Positions 50,198 through 64,000 of a stretch of 64,000 bases of DNA are shown piece by piece. The notes under the pieces were generated by a model. It was given only the letters and a program-made list of their open reading frames with translations, was not told the origin of the DNA and ran no database searches. The DNA is from Adineta vaga (Eukaryota > Animalia > Rotifera): the NCBI GenBank assembly GCA_021613535.1, contig CP075497.1:11594001-11658000 (forward strand). The letters run 5' to 3'. Within the stretch, counting starts at the first letter, position 1; every line of letters starts with the position of its first letter. The translations under genes and the position numbers were made by a program.

Positions 50198-53055
50198 TTA
50201 ATTCTTCTTTTTTCGACGTAATTGAAGTCGTTTTGCGATCGATCGTTGTCGTTTCTGTTGATAAGTAAGTGTATTGGAATTCATTGTTGAACCTGGAACA
50301 GTACTACTGTTACTTTGTTTATCACTACTTGTTTGAGATTGTTGATCTTCTAGAGAATGATCACCACCACAACGTTTACATTTCGATCGACCAGACATTG
50401 TTGGTGCTTGTTGTTCCATGTGAGTATCATCATTTTCATCATTGGAATTTTCTTCGTCACATGAACTTGTACCTGGTGCACATGGATGATCCTTAAAATA
50501 TAGAGATTTTTTCGATCAAATCACTTTTTAATCATATGAAATGAAACCTCTTCATCATCATCTTCTTCTTCTTCTTCATCATCATCATCTTCATCTTCTT
50601 CGTCTTCGTCGTCGTCATCATCTTCAAGATCATCCTGTTCGACTTCAAGTTCTTTTGCAGGTGACGTAATATCATTGATATTGGTATGTTTACCAGCATT
50701 TCCATTTGTTTTAACTGCTTGTATTTGTGCTGAAGAATTCGAATTATTATGATTCGTATTGTTTGTTACATTGTTGGATTTTGATTTTGAATTTGATAAG
50801 CGAAGACAGGCATTAGCCTAGAAAAAAAATATAGAATGTCTACGATTGAAATCGACTATTTTCTCATCTAATAGTTACCTTAAAACCTAAAGCTTTAACA
50901 ATTTCTTTAATTGGTGCACGTAATTGATCAAAATTCGGCATATCATCCATATTTAATTGATAAACCGTTGACATATAATCACAAATAGCACGTAATGTAA
51001 CAGGTGAAATCAATTTCATAAAGAAACATTTTTTCACAAATTCATTCACATTTGATTTTGCTAATTTCTTTTCATTAGGAATTGTATCGCGTTGAAATTT
51101 AACATGAAGATTGGAATTTTTCTTATCCCAAGGTAATCGTCCACCTGACCAAACAATTAAATTATAACCGAGCATTTCTAAATCACCACGATATGTTTGT
51201 TTATTATTCAGATGCATATCAAGTGAAGAATAGACACTAAATACATGATGATATGAAGGAGAATTTACTAGGAAATTATCTTCTTCAATGATTGGACTTG
51301 GAATGTCAATGACAGAAGAAGGCGTTGGAACAATTGATGATGTTTTATTATGAATAGCTGCTAGTTGTGTACGATGAGAACGTTTGACTTTTTTCTTTAC
51401 TTGAGAATTCTGTTGTTTTATATGATGATTTTCACTTGCTATCGTTAGATGATTTTCATTTGGAACTTCACCTAGAATGAAACCAAAATTATATAAATAC
51501 AATATCCAACAGAAATGTGTGAAGAGTTACGCTCTCCTCTATTTTGAAAAAGAAGGTGTGGTGGGTTCCATTGCTTCGGATACTTCAGGAACTATGAAGA
51601 ACCTCTTTGCTCAGTATACTCTCGAGTTCTGAATTGCTTATGAATTGTGAGAGCGATCATAAAACTTTCATGTTTCTCTAGATGATAGGAGATATCTATT
51701 TTCGTTAAAGAGAACATACTTGTTGCATTATTTATATCGTGTACACTTCTAACCGTTCGAAATTGTGTTAAAAATATAAAATATGGTTGTTTATTCGCAA
51801 ACATCATATATTTGGGTTTGATAATTTGATGTACATAATTTTTCTCATGTATAAATTGAATTACATATAACATCTGTAAGAATAAATTCAATGCATTATG
51901 TTCGGGTAAAGATTGATCATAGGAATAGATTAATGATCGAAGATTTTCTCGATATTGTTCCATAATTAAAAATTTATACGTTAAATTCATATGTTTATAG
52001 ATTCCATGAGAAATATATTCCGGAATAGCGATATACATAAGATTATGTCGTTTTATATAAGATTTAAGTTTATCATGTGTAGCAAAACGAGAATAGAATG
52101 CAATTTCATCGTCGATTGTACATTGTTTAGAAGATGAAGAAGTTAATTCAAGTTTAAGTAAATATTTTATTGATGAAGTTTCCATTGATGACGAATTTTC
52201 TTCATCATCATTGACACTTTCTTGAATATCATATTGAGAATTTCCAGATTTTTTTGTTATGATAAATTTATGTGAATCACCCGTTAAGACCGATGTTTTC
52301 TTTCTTAGTTCTTTTAATTTGTCAATTTCCTTTTTCAATATTTGTTGAAGTAATTCGGATGGATTTGTAATAAAGTTTGATTTCTTTTTATCTTGAAGAA
52401 AAATAATTTCAATCGAATATTTATTTCGTTGATTTTCATCATAAGTATCGTCATCTTTGAGAAATTCGACAATACCATGAATGATTTTATTGGAATGTTG
52501 ATCATTTAATGATGAAGAAAGAGATTTCGTTTGTCTAAATATAGATTTATTGATTAAATTCAAGATTTTTCTTCTAATTTACCTCTCAGTATCAGATAGA
52601 ATGGACTCAATTTCTTTATTTGTATCGCCAATAACTGCGCCATAGAAAACATAATCAAGTTTATCATTCTTTGCTCGGGCTTTATCAATAACAGCTTGTC
52701 TTGATTGTTTTAATTTATCAGTTAAATACATTAATGGAGATATTTTTGTTTTCACAATATTTTGTTGTTGATTATCTTCGGATATTTTCATATTATCGAT
52801 TGTTAACGATCTTTTTACTTGACTACAGAGATAAAGAAATCTTTTCTTCTGATGTGAAACTTTAATACATTGATGAATTATCCAATGATTATTATTTACA
52901 TCACGAATTAATGTTCCTTGTGGAATCGTCGAAGTAGATGTAGATAGTGAATGTTTAGAAGAAGTTTTCGATAAATTTGTTATAGATGTTTCAATTAATG
53001 AGAGATCCGAATCTGATGAAGATATTGAATGTAGATCATCATAATCACTATCATC

Positions 53056-53087
<32 letters not shown>

Positions 53088-53127
53088 GAGTACGAATAAC
53101 CGGTTTAATCGGCTCGATTTTCACCAT
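50198..53127 (-). CDS. VRK/CK1-family pseudokinase, multi-exon
   Basis: E-x-x-FY-x-R, IP-x-Y-x-x-HG...YKFLIME, FIHEKNYVH-x-x-IKP and S-x-D-x-H...RGDLEMLGYNL-x-x-W-x-x-G-x-LPW match VRK kinases. Confidence 0.8.
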
Positions 53128-53267
53128 CTGAAAAGAAAAAATAATAATAATAACAAAAATGAGAATGTCTATTTGAACAAATAAATCAATAAAACAAATA
53201 TCAAATAGATCAATAAAGATTCATTGAAAAGCTTGGCTAAAAGAAATAAACAAAAATAATCGGTTTA

Positions 53268-55098
53268 TTAATAAGGTCGTCGACCACCACGTCCTCCTCG
53301 ACCACCACCACGTCCACGTCCACCATAGTTTGCACCATAATCCATTCCAGCATATTCATTTACAATTTGTTGTTGTCCTTGATAACCCATTTGAGGATAC
53401 TGCATCGTTGTAGGATCCATTGCCGTATACTGTTGTTGATGACCACCGGAATAAGGTCTATCACCATGACCACCACGTGACCATCCACCACCACCACCTC
53501 CTCCTCCTCGATGACCTAGAGAAGAAAAGAATAAAATTATTGTTTTCAAAATATGTTTATTATACCGTTCGCGTTATTTCGTTGTTCATGATGTTGATGT
53601 TGATGGCCACCTCCTCCTCGACGACCACCGCCACCCCCACCTCCTGATCCTCCACGTTGAAAGGAAGGCATATCAGGTGGTGGTGCTTGTAATTCTGTAG
53701 TTCGTCCACCACGATCAGGTACCTACAAATATTCAGAAATATCTTCCTAAGCATTCTTATCTTCCTTCATTTAGAAAACAAAAACGAAATATTTTCGCGT
53801 ATTCAAACATTCTTCGTATAACTTACTTTTGGTATGATAACTTTCTGTAATTTCGATCGAGTAAACGCAATTTCTTTTGTACCACATGTCTTTTCCATAT
53901 GACACAAATCTGTAACAACAAACATATTGAAGAAATATTTCAGATCAATTCCTATTTACCATCTCGAGCAGCCATAATATCTTCTATTCTTACATTTGGT
54001 TCAGCTGTTAATAGTCGACGTCTAGTCATAAAAGCATTCGATATTTCATCTGTTTTATCCTATATGAAATGTTCTTTCAAATATTTTCAAAGAAATTATC
54101 TCAATATTGTTTTACTTTTAATCGTTCTGCCCATTTAAATGATTGAATAGTAACATCGAGTCGTTTTAATAAGAGTTCTCTTCGTATTTTATAATCTTCA
54201 TATAAGATTTTATTTATTTTATGAATTTGATTCCATTGATTTTCAGACATATTCATTTGTAATAATGGTCGACCGAGATATTTTGGTGATAAAGTTTTTA
54301 GTAATTCACTAACTTTTGCACAAACTTTTGTACAAATTTGTGCAGCAGTGATATTATCCGGTGGTCGAGGAAAACCCAGAGCAAGAAGTAAAGCTTTTAA
54401 ATCTCGAGCTTCATCACTTTCATATTGCTAAAGAGAAAAACATAGTCTCAGATATAGAAAATACATTTCTCAACAAACTTTTTTGTTCATTGTATTATCT
54501 GTTCCATTAGATACAATCTCTCGTTTCGCAGATTTGTTCATTTTAGCTGCTTGAACTTCTGTACATAGAAAATCTAAAAACCGAATTCACGAATGACGAT
54601 CAATCTGAACATTAGAAGATAGAAAAAAAACAACTAACCCAAAAGTTGTAAACGTGATTGACGATCATTTAATCTATTCTCATTATCAAGAAGATTTCGA
54701 TAAGGACAACCATAATCTCGAAGAAATCCACCGAGTTCAAGTAGAAAATTATTTATATCATTAATTGCTAAAGTAATCACAAAATTTGATTCCATAACAT
54801 TTCAAAGATATGACATACAGTTAAAATCTTGAACATATTCTCCGATAGAATAAACTCCATTTAATTCTTGTGTTAACCATGAAATTAATTTTCCGTAGGG
54901 AAGAAATTGTTCAGATTTTAAATTTGCTTTGAGAACTTCTTCAAGTTTATTTTCATTGTTTATTTCACCGGTATAACTAACAATAAAAACGTTATCATCA
55001 GACAACTGATTCTCGTAACACAAGTCAAAGAAATTCTCTTGTATTATGCAAAATCTTTACTTTATATCGTTCAAAGAATCGAGAATACCAGCTGCCAT
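53268..55098 (-). CDS. FAM98: FAM98-family protein with an RGG-rich tail
   Basis: FLLEL-x-GFL-x-x-x-GCPY, Y-x-x-RRELLLKRLDVTIQSF-x-W and VPDRGGR. Confidence 0.9.
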
Positions 55099-55320
55099 CT
55101 TCCTAAAAGATTTCTAGCAAATCTAAAAGTAAAAATAGATGAAAGTAAGAATCACAATTAAAACTTGCTTCTCCTTTTTTTCGAAAATCAAATCAACAGA
55201 AAAGGAAAACATCGATTTGTCTCAACTGTTCTTGACTACATAAAAATAGAATTACTACGAAGCTGATTTAAATTAAAAAACGACAAGAAAATAGGCCGTT
55301 ATCAATCGCTTTTAAACGAT

Positions 55321-55907
55321 TTAACGACGAGCAAACCAATAGAAAAGAGTTGCTCCACCAGTAGCCAATGCCAATTTTCCAACTTGAATACCACCCCATG
55401 AAGTTAATAGTTTCTTGGCTTTTTCCGATCGAGCATCAAGTGTTAAAAATTTCAATTGATCAGCAACTGGATCTTCAAGAAAGAAACCATAAGGAATACC
55501 AGCTAAAACAAGTCAATACAAATATTCTATTATATTTCGTTTTCTTTTTTTATTTACCAAGCATTAAAGCTGAACCAATGAGCCAATATTTATCTTTTGT
55601 TTGTTGATAAGCCAATGCTCCCGAAGCACTGCTAGCTAATAACAATAAACTTGTTAAGATTTTTGATCGTTTATGTGCTTCAAGTAATTCTGGTAGAGCA
55701 TGTTCAGATGAAATATGCATACGTGCATCATGATTAACAAAAATTTCACCTAAACCACCACCAACACTTAAAATCGATGACCATATTGCTAACTGCAAAA
55801 ATGAGGGAAAAAACACGGTTTTTTCGCAATTCGTTATCTTCGTTAATACTTACAGGAATACCTTGAGCAGCAAATTTATCGAAAATACTTGTTTGAACAA
55901 CAGACAT
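55321..55907 (-). CDS. Small multi-TM protein, DUF1772/anthrone-oxygenase-like, 3 exons
   Basis: About four hydrophobic helices with W-L-x-G-x-x-L...PY and LL-x-x-W patterns; in-frame GT-AG introns. Confidence 0.55.
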
Positions 55908-56228
55908 GTTTGAATTGTAAAATCCTAATGTAATCTAAAAACAAAAATTTGATGATGTAAGGTGAAAAGTGATGGTGACTACATTAAGATTTCTTGTCCT
56001 TCTACACGTTTGGGCAAGCCTATGATGATGATGATGACGACGTCACGACAAGCAAGAAAAAGGAGGAATGACTCATCTCAATTAAACACACTTGTGCAGT
56101 TTTCAATTGGAAATTCTATCAAATCTATAAAATGTTTTCAAGATAAAAAACAAGAATTTAAATTCAATTCAAAAGTTAACTTTTCGTTTCCCATTTTTCA
56201 ATGAATGATTTTCATTGGTAGATATATT

Positions 56229-56241
56229 GTCGCTATGCAAC
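56229..56241 (+). promoter_or_regulatory. Candidate RFX X-box
   Basis: GTCGCTATGCAAC lies 87-99 bp upstream of the ATG of a ciliary IFT gene and has one mismatch to GTNRCN-N0-3-RGYAAC. Confidence 0.65.
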
Positions 56242-56327
56242 TAGGCAATACGGAATTCATGAATGGTTGATATATATAACTTTTTTATATTAGATTAAAA
56301 GAGAGAAAGAAAGATAATCAATTGAAA

Positions 56328-59300
56328 ATGACATCTTCACCAAAAGTATGAAGATTTTTGTTATAAAATATATGGAGAAGAAAAATTTGCTTCTATTTAG
56401 CGTTTATTTGCAATTAGTGCAGAAGAAATTGGTGATCGACCAAAATTTTCCTGGCAAACAGGTCATGGAACACATATTGCTGCTGTTGGGTAAGAGAATT
56501 TCTCTTAGAAATCACAATTCAAATCTATTATTCATATTAGATCATTAAATATAATTACCATTCGAAATCGACAAGGTGATGAAGTTTCTCAAATATCTCT
56601 AGGAGGGTAAAGAAGATTATACATAGATATTGATCATTCGATTATTTATCTGTTAATATTTAGACCATGTATTCAAATGAAATGGGATAAAGATGGTGAT
56701 ACATTAGCAGCGATTAGGGAAAAATCTAATACAGTTTTTCTATGGAATTCGACTAGTCAAAAGACAACGACGATTGATACACAAACAAAGTAATTATTTA
56801 ACAATCATAAATCAGTGTGTTATATCACTTGAAATACTTTTCTAGAGATTCGACATCAATAATTGCTTGGTCAAAATCGTCTTCTCTTCTTGCGATTGGT
56901 ACATCACGTGGAAATGTTATTCTTTACGATCAATCAACTGCAAAGTATATTCATAAATTTTTCGATGAAATTGAATAATTTCTTTATTTAGAAAAGTACC
57001 TTTGATTGGTCAACATTCTAGTCGTATAACGACAATGGCTTGGAGTAAAGATAATCTATTAGCAATAGGAGCGGAAGATAATCATATATCAGTTATGCTA
57101 TCAAATGGTTCAGTTATTCAACGATGTAGTACAAATGAAACACCAAGACATATAAAATTTTCTGAAATGAAACGAGAAAAACGAGGAACATACGAAGAAA
57201 GCACAGTAGGATAATTTTTCTTTTCGTTTCTTTAAAAAAATATCTCAATAATTTTTCTATAGGTTAGTGCTATTATTGGTAAAAAACATTTAGGTCTATG
57301 GACAGTAGTAGATCCGAATAGTAATACGGCAGCAAATGCAGGTAGTCAATTATTTACATTGAATTTTCAAGATAAATATGGAGATATTGTGGATTATCAA
57401 TGGTAAATTTAATGAAAATCGTTTTCTTCTTTGATTATAGTTTTTGTTTGTTGAAATAAAATAGGTTTGGTGATGGATATATCATGATAGGATTTAGTGC
57501 AGGTTATTTTATTGTTATTTCAACATATCATAAAGAAATAGGCGAAGTAGATAGATTGATTGTCAATTTACAAATAGAATTCTTTTTTTTTTCTTCAATT
57601 AGGAATTACATAAAGCTCGTGATCATAAAGGTTATTTATCGAGTATAGCAATTTCAACTTCATTAAATAAAGCAGCAACTTGTGGAAATGGTGGAATAAA
57701 ACTTCATGAATTATCTGATCAATATGTTATTGATTCGATTATAACAATTGAAGAAGGAAATGAAAATCTCACTGAAATTTGTAAGTATCAATTTGAATCA
57801 ATTGAATAGATTTTCTTTCATTTGAATTCATATAGCATGGAGTGTTGATGGTCAATTACTAGCTGTAGCCAAAGCTTCAGGTGCGATTTATGTTTATTTA
57901 ACAAAATTATCAATGTTAGCAAGTGTTTGGCAACAAAAAATAGCTTTTCTTACTTCTTTACACGAAGTTTCCATTTATGATCATCAAACTAAAACAAAAG
58001 TATGAGGAAACAAAAAATTGGTATTTGAAATATAAAAAAAACTCGTTCTCTTATTCAGGTTGATAATGTTCATTTAACAACAGAAATTGAACCAAGTGTA
58101 TTAGCAATGAGTGATACATATATTTCTGTTGGATTTAATAATCGAGCTTTATATTATCGAATACAAAGTATTGAAGGTTAGTTTCGATAAACTTTGATTA
58201 AAATGATTTCAATTGAAAAATTCTATTCTAGAAGTAACAAAAGCATCTGAACATGATTACTTAGGTACAATTACTGAATTACAAATCAATTCTCATTATG
58301 CAGCTGCATTTATGAATGGACGTATTCAATTACATATGGTAATCTGAACGACAAAAATGAATCGTTATTGAAGAATTTTCAATTGAATTTTTTTAGATTG
58401 AAGAATCGGATCATCATAGTGAAGAACGTCATTCAATTATGTTTCCATTACCTGATACGAATGATGGAAGAATTTTATGTTATACTTTAACAAAAGATTA
58501 TCTTATCTATGGAACAGATGTAAGAATTTTAGGTATATCACAAGTGATATGAAAGAATTATTTCTTTTCTTTAGAAAGGAATATTGAATTTTTTTCATAT
58601 TGATGAATGGCAAATTGTGAATAAATTTGATAAACATAAGACTGGTATTCAGAAATTATTTGCAGAAAATTTTGGTACATCTGTTGCATTTATTGATCAA
58701 AAAAGTGATGGATATCTATATAATGTGGTAAGTACTACTAATCGTGCTTTTTTTTCTCCAATAGAAATATATTTGATTTATTTAGTTTTTCGACCATCCG
58801 AATATAATTCAAATACCAAATCTTCCGTCTGGAACGAAATCTATTCTATGGGAAACAAATTTAGACAATGAAGTAAATGAATTATTTCCTTTTCGGAATA
58901 GTTTGTTCTTAAATCCATTCATTTTGTTTTCTTAGTGGATATTTATTAGTTTTGATTCGGATTCAATTACAACTTATTCAGTCTATCGTGATTCATTAAA
59001 AGGACCTCAAATTATGTTTGTTGGTACAACACGTTTACCCATGTTTAATACTGTTCCATTACTTCTCAATGGTGGTCTTCTTCTTTTACTTGATTCAACT
59101 GGCAAAATTGTTCAAACAAAATTAGATACTTATGGATTTCTAGATGATTCCAATGAACATGAATATACACTTGCTGATGCGATTGATCGATTATCAAAAG
59201 CAATTCTAATGAAACGGTATTGATAAAGTTATTGATGAAAATCTTTCTTCAATCTATTGATTTAGATATGAAGATGCAATGTTTTGGGCTAAACAATTGA

Positions 59301-62261
59301 ATGATAGTAGTGAATGGAATAAATTTGCAACTGCATTACTTTATTCATTAAATATTGATTATGGTACAACATATTGAAACTTCTTTGCATATGTAACACT
59401 ATTTTCTTTTAGCAATCAAAGTATTTCGAGAAATTGGTCATCCAGGAATGGTTATGGCATTAGAAGAAATTAAAGTAAAGATATTTGTTGTAATCAAAAA
59501 CGTTGACTATAAGTTTTCTCATTTTTTAATAGCATGTGGAAGATAAAAGTCTTGTATCAGCACATTTTGCTGCACTTTTTGGTGATTATGATCTGGCTCA
59601 AGAACTTTTTCTAAAATGTGGTTGTCCACTTGAAGCATTGAATGTAAGAGAAACGACTGTATTTTCAAGGGAAAAATTTGATTCTATTTAGATGAGACGA
59701 GATTGTATGCAATTCGAAGCAGCAATGACTCTAGCAAAAGCTTATGATCCAGAACAAATACCGTATATATCAGCAGCACATGCTGAACAACTTGAATTTA
59801 CGTAAGTCAAACGAATAAATGAAAAAAGAAAAACAGAAAGAAATTTTTTAATAGTGGAGATTCAAGTTCTGCAGTGAAATTTTATGAACAAGGAATAACG
59901 AAAAAAGAAAAAGATATTCAACATGATCAAAAATGTTTAACTGGTCTTGCTCGATGTTATATCAAAGTTGGAGATATTAAAAAGTAGGGATGTATATTCT
60001 AACGAAGGCGATGATTTTCTATCATGTTTTATTTGTCTTCGAAGAGGTGTGATGATTGCACTACGTTTACCTGGAAAAGAAATCAAAGAAGAATGTGCGA
60101 GATTATTAGAAGCATTGAAACAATGGCCTGAAGCTGCTGAACTATTTGAAAAAGCAGAATGTTGGGATAGTGCAGCGATCGCCTATATTAAAATGAAAAA
60201 TTGGTATCGTTTTCTAATACTGTGTCTCGTTTGAAATCGAAGAATTTTTGTTTAGGGTAAAAGTGGGTGATATTCTTCCGAATGTGAATACACCAAAGAT
60301 TCATTCAATGTATGCAAAAGCAAGAGAAAGTGAAGGAAGATATAAAGAAGCATGTGCTGCTTACATGAAAGCAGGTGAATGGGAAAATGCCATTCGGTAA
60401 ACCTGATTAATTATCATTTTTTATTGTCAGATTAAATATCTATGTAATTTAGAATTCAATTGAATCAATTAAAATCACCTGAACAAGCAGTTAAAATTGT
60501 TCGTGAAACTCAAAGTGTTGAAGGTGCAAAGATGGTTGCACGTTTTTTTGAATCAATTAATGATTTTAGTTCTGCAATACAGTTTCTTGTTTTATCAAAA
60601 TGTTATACTGAAGCGTTTACTATGGCACAACAAAATGGTCTTATTGAATTATATGCACAAGTTATTGGTAAACAAAACTTTTCATTCGAGACAAATAAAA
60701 CGAAGTAGTTGTTTTCTTTTAGAAAAAGTTCTTAAAGATGGTCGAGATATGCCATTAGATGATTTGGAAAGTACAGCAATTTTTTTTCAAAATCAAAACA
60801 ATCATTTACTTGCCGGGAAATTTTTCATATTTGCACAAAATTATGATCGAGTAAATTATCTTCTCTATTTCGTTACATAGAAAAAGAAGTGAATTGCTTT
60901 TTCAATAGGCATTAACACATTTAATGCGTTGTACTGGTGCAAATGAAAGTAAAGGAATTGATTTAGCTTTAATATGTATTGGACGAGCACGTAGTCAACA
61001 GTTAACACAGAAATTATTAGAATATTTACTTGGAGAAAAAGATCAAATACCAAAAGTAAAACATTTTGAAAGATAATCCTTGAAGAAAAATATGTGAATA
61101 TATGTTTTAGGAAGCAAAATATCTCTTTCGATTTTATTTAAGTTTGGGACAGTATACAGAAGCATCGAAAACAGCAATTATTATTGCACAACAAGATCAA
61201 GAATCCGGAAATTATCGAAGTGCTCGAGATGTTCTATTTACAATGCATCAAGAATTAAAAGCACAACATACAGCTATACCATTTGAAATGGCGAATAGTT
61301 TAATGTTATTACATAGTTATATTCTTGTTAAAATTCAAATTAAACTTAACAATCATGTAAATTCATTTTCTTAATACTTATTTTTTCCACAATAATAACT
61401 CTCATAGCATATTATCGTTAGACATAGTCTGGGAGGAAGTTTACTTCGTGAAATGTTTTAAAGATTGATTATTTTATCATCTATATATTCTTTCTATTTA
61501 GACTCGTGCTGCACGACTTCTGAATCGTGTCGCACATAATGTGAGCAAATTTCCTGCCCGTATGTATAACAATGAACAAGTTGTTCTTTTAAATGTCTGT
61601 CTTTATTTAGATGTCGTTCAAATTTTGACAACAACCGTTGTTGAATGTCAAAAAGCAGGCATGAACAATTCAGCATTTAACTTTTCTCTTATACTACTGA
61701 AACCAGAATATCGTGAACAAATCGATGCAAAATATAAGAAGAAAATTGAAGCACTTGTTCGGTAAGAATTATCGACTAAATTATATGAATGAATTCATCT
61801 ATGAAATGAAATATTAGAAAACCAGACAAAAGTGAAACGGAAGAAGATTATACACCATGTCCACAATGTCATCAACGTGTACCTGATTATGAATTATTAT
61901 GTCCTAGTTGTCAATTAGCATTACCTTATTGTATTGTTACGGTACGGAACTTTTTCTTTTATAACGAAAATTTTTGAATATAATGGAATTTTAGGGAGCA
62001 CATGTTGTTCGAGATGATTTCTGTGTATGTCCATCATGTAATTTTCCGGCTATACATTCTGAATTTCTCAAGTAAGTCGATAGTTTTTTTAATATATTAT
62101 TCGAGAGATCTCGAATTACCCCTTTTTGTTTTGTTAGATATTTAACTACGGATGATACATGTCCAATATGTTCAACGAAAATTGATGGAACTCGTCTTTC
62201 TCGCATGGATAGTGGATCCGCTGTGGATAGTTTTCTTGCACAATCATCGGATATGTCTTGA
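56328..62261 (+). CDS. WDR19: Intraflagellar transport protein 144 / WDR19, with >25 short introns
   Basis: WD40 region (WDKDGD-x-LA, YGDIV[17 protein letters not shown]), TPR region ([64 protein letters not shown]) and a C-terminal Cys-rich finger. Confidence 0.95.
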
Positions 62262-64000
62262 GTGCGAAGATTAGGATATTGAAATACAAATGACTTTTAT
62301 ACGTGTTGTGTACATCATCTTTGTTATATTCATATATATGAAATAAAAGTTCTGGGGCTTTGATTATGATTTTTAAAAGGATTTCGATTGTTGTTTTTCC
62401 TCAATAAAGTACGGAATAAAACCAAAGAGAGTTGTATTATGATAATGAAAATAAATATTCACACTTAGTTCAAGGCAGTGATTTCAATTGACAGAAACCT
62501 TCGATCCGCAACAATAACTACTTCCGTGAAACTACAGAGAATGTTCAGGAACTGACCGTTTCCACACCGGATTCTTCGATTTGGGTTGTGATTCGTATGA
62601 TATTAAAAGCATGTATTCGATTAAATGATAACCAACGTGTTAAAAATATTAGAAGAAATCGTTCATCAAAATCACTTATTCAATTGTATAATCAGTTATT
62701 TTTATTTAATAATTAAACGATATAAATATTTTCATTGTAGTCACAGATTTCCGATTTTATTTTTCAATCTTAGTTTATTTTATCAACAAGCAATGGAATG
62801 ATCAAATATGACTTTATCAATATAGAGTGATTGATCCAGAGAAGTTTTAACATCACACTTTCGAAGATATATTCCAGGCTAATGTTTTCATCAAAAAATC
62901 CAATTAGTATTTCCTGTATTTTTCAAAGAAAAAAAAATCATGACACGTATAATCTATTCTAAATACCCTTAGGTTAGTAAGATTACATACATTATTGAAG
63001 CGGATATGAAAGTTTCTCTATACCTGGAGTTCAATGATTGTACGTCTTAGATTATAACTACGTTTCATCTAGAATTTAATATTTGGAAAGAGTTCGTTCA
63101 TCAAAGATATAAATAAGTGTTTATTACTCATAATATATATAAAAGAAATTCATCGAACATTCTTAAAGACGAAATAATCTGGTGAGATAAGTATCAAATT
63201 GATCTTATGCGTATCATTTTCTTCAATAATTATTGTCACAGTTAAAAGTACATTCTTGATATCCTTTTTTTCACATTAATGTACTAAATGCATGATATCT
63301 TAGTAATACTAAATCATTTATATTCAATTGACAGGAAATATCGAATGCGGGATAATGGCGTTATTTTATAAAATCTAAAATAACATATTTCTGCTCTCAC
63401 CGTAAAATAACATTTTAATTGATATCACTTTTTTATAAGGGAAATTTATAAGTAAGAACGCCTGACTTCATCGCTCGAAATATTCTACAGATTCTATTAA
63501 TGTATCCTAGTTTCCGTGAAATATATGAAGGCATGTAGTACAACGAGCATGTTGTGATACATGCAACTAAAATGTACTGACTCATTTTGATGAAAATATT
63601 CCAGAACAATGTTATTTCAAAGAATTTTTTGATTCAATCTGTTTCTAATGAAAGATTTCAATTATAATTATAAGAAAAAATCTTACAAAAGCACTTTTGA
63701 TCTTCTTAGATTTGTAATCATATTTATAAATAACTGAATCTTACCTGTTAAATTAAAGATCTGTAAATAGATAGAAAATTCTAGGCATCAAACTACCTAA
63801 ATATCATTTCACTTCTAATTAAAAATGAATATAAAAGACACATGTAATAGTTTCAGATCCAAAAAAAAACATTTAATCGATTTGTCTGACAAACAGACAT
63901 ACATTTATATATTAAACTCCAAAAATAAACCAACAACTACAATCACATACATAAAACATTCGTACAAAATAACAAAAACGTTTTCATATCTTAACATTCG

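Noticed and set aside
62450-64000. Possible degraded or partial minus-strand gene
   Set aside because: Splice-like signals are present, but there is no sustained frame or motif to support a call.
1-64000. tRNA, rRNA, CRISPR arrays, telomeric repeats, intact transposons
   Set aside because: None recognised by eye; tRNAscan, Infernal and RepeatModeler were not run.

Overview
AT-rich eukaryotic (animal) genomic DNA with many short GT-AG introns of about 50-60 nt. The gene families present (ART-TPR, F-box-like proteins, intron-bearing genes of apparently foreign origin) point to a bdelloid rotifer; this assignment is inferred. Conserved metazoan genes occupy both flanks: ATG2, an EVI1/PRDM16-like zinc finger and a DDR-like receptor on the left; ZFAND1, PP4R2, a small HSP, a VRK-like gene, FAM98 and WDR19/IFT144 on the right. 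Between them (~20-38.4 kb) lies an accessory island. Its most striking content is a tandem pair of bacterial-type MEP-pathway genes, ispE and ispF, which catalyse consecutive steps of a pathway animals are not expected to have. Each has a predicted in-frame 5' exon joined by a spliceosomal intron. The island also holds an ADP-ribosyltransferase-TPR gene and an EF-hand NADPH oxidase set head-to-head with a germin-like cupin. That NOX/germin unit is duplicated: the second NOX is a relic while the germin copies are nearly identical. A PfkB-kinase relic and an F-box-like gene lie between the copies. Elsewhere there are several likely pseudoenzymes, a perfect heat-shock element and a candidate RFX X-box. 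All homology calls come from motif recognition by eye; no searches were run.
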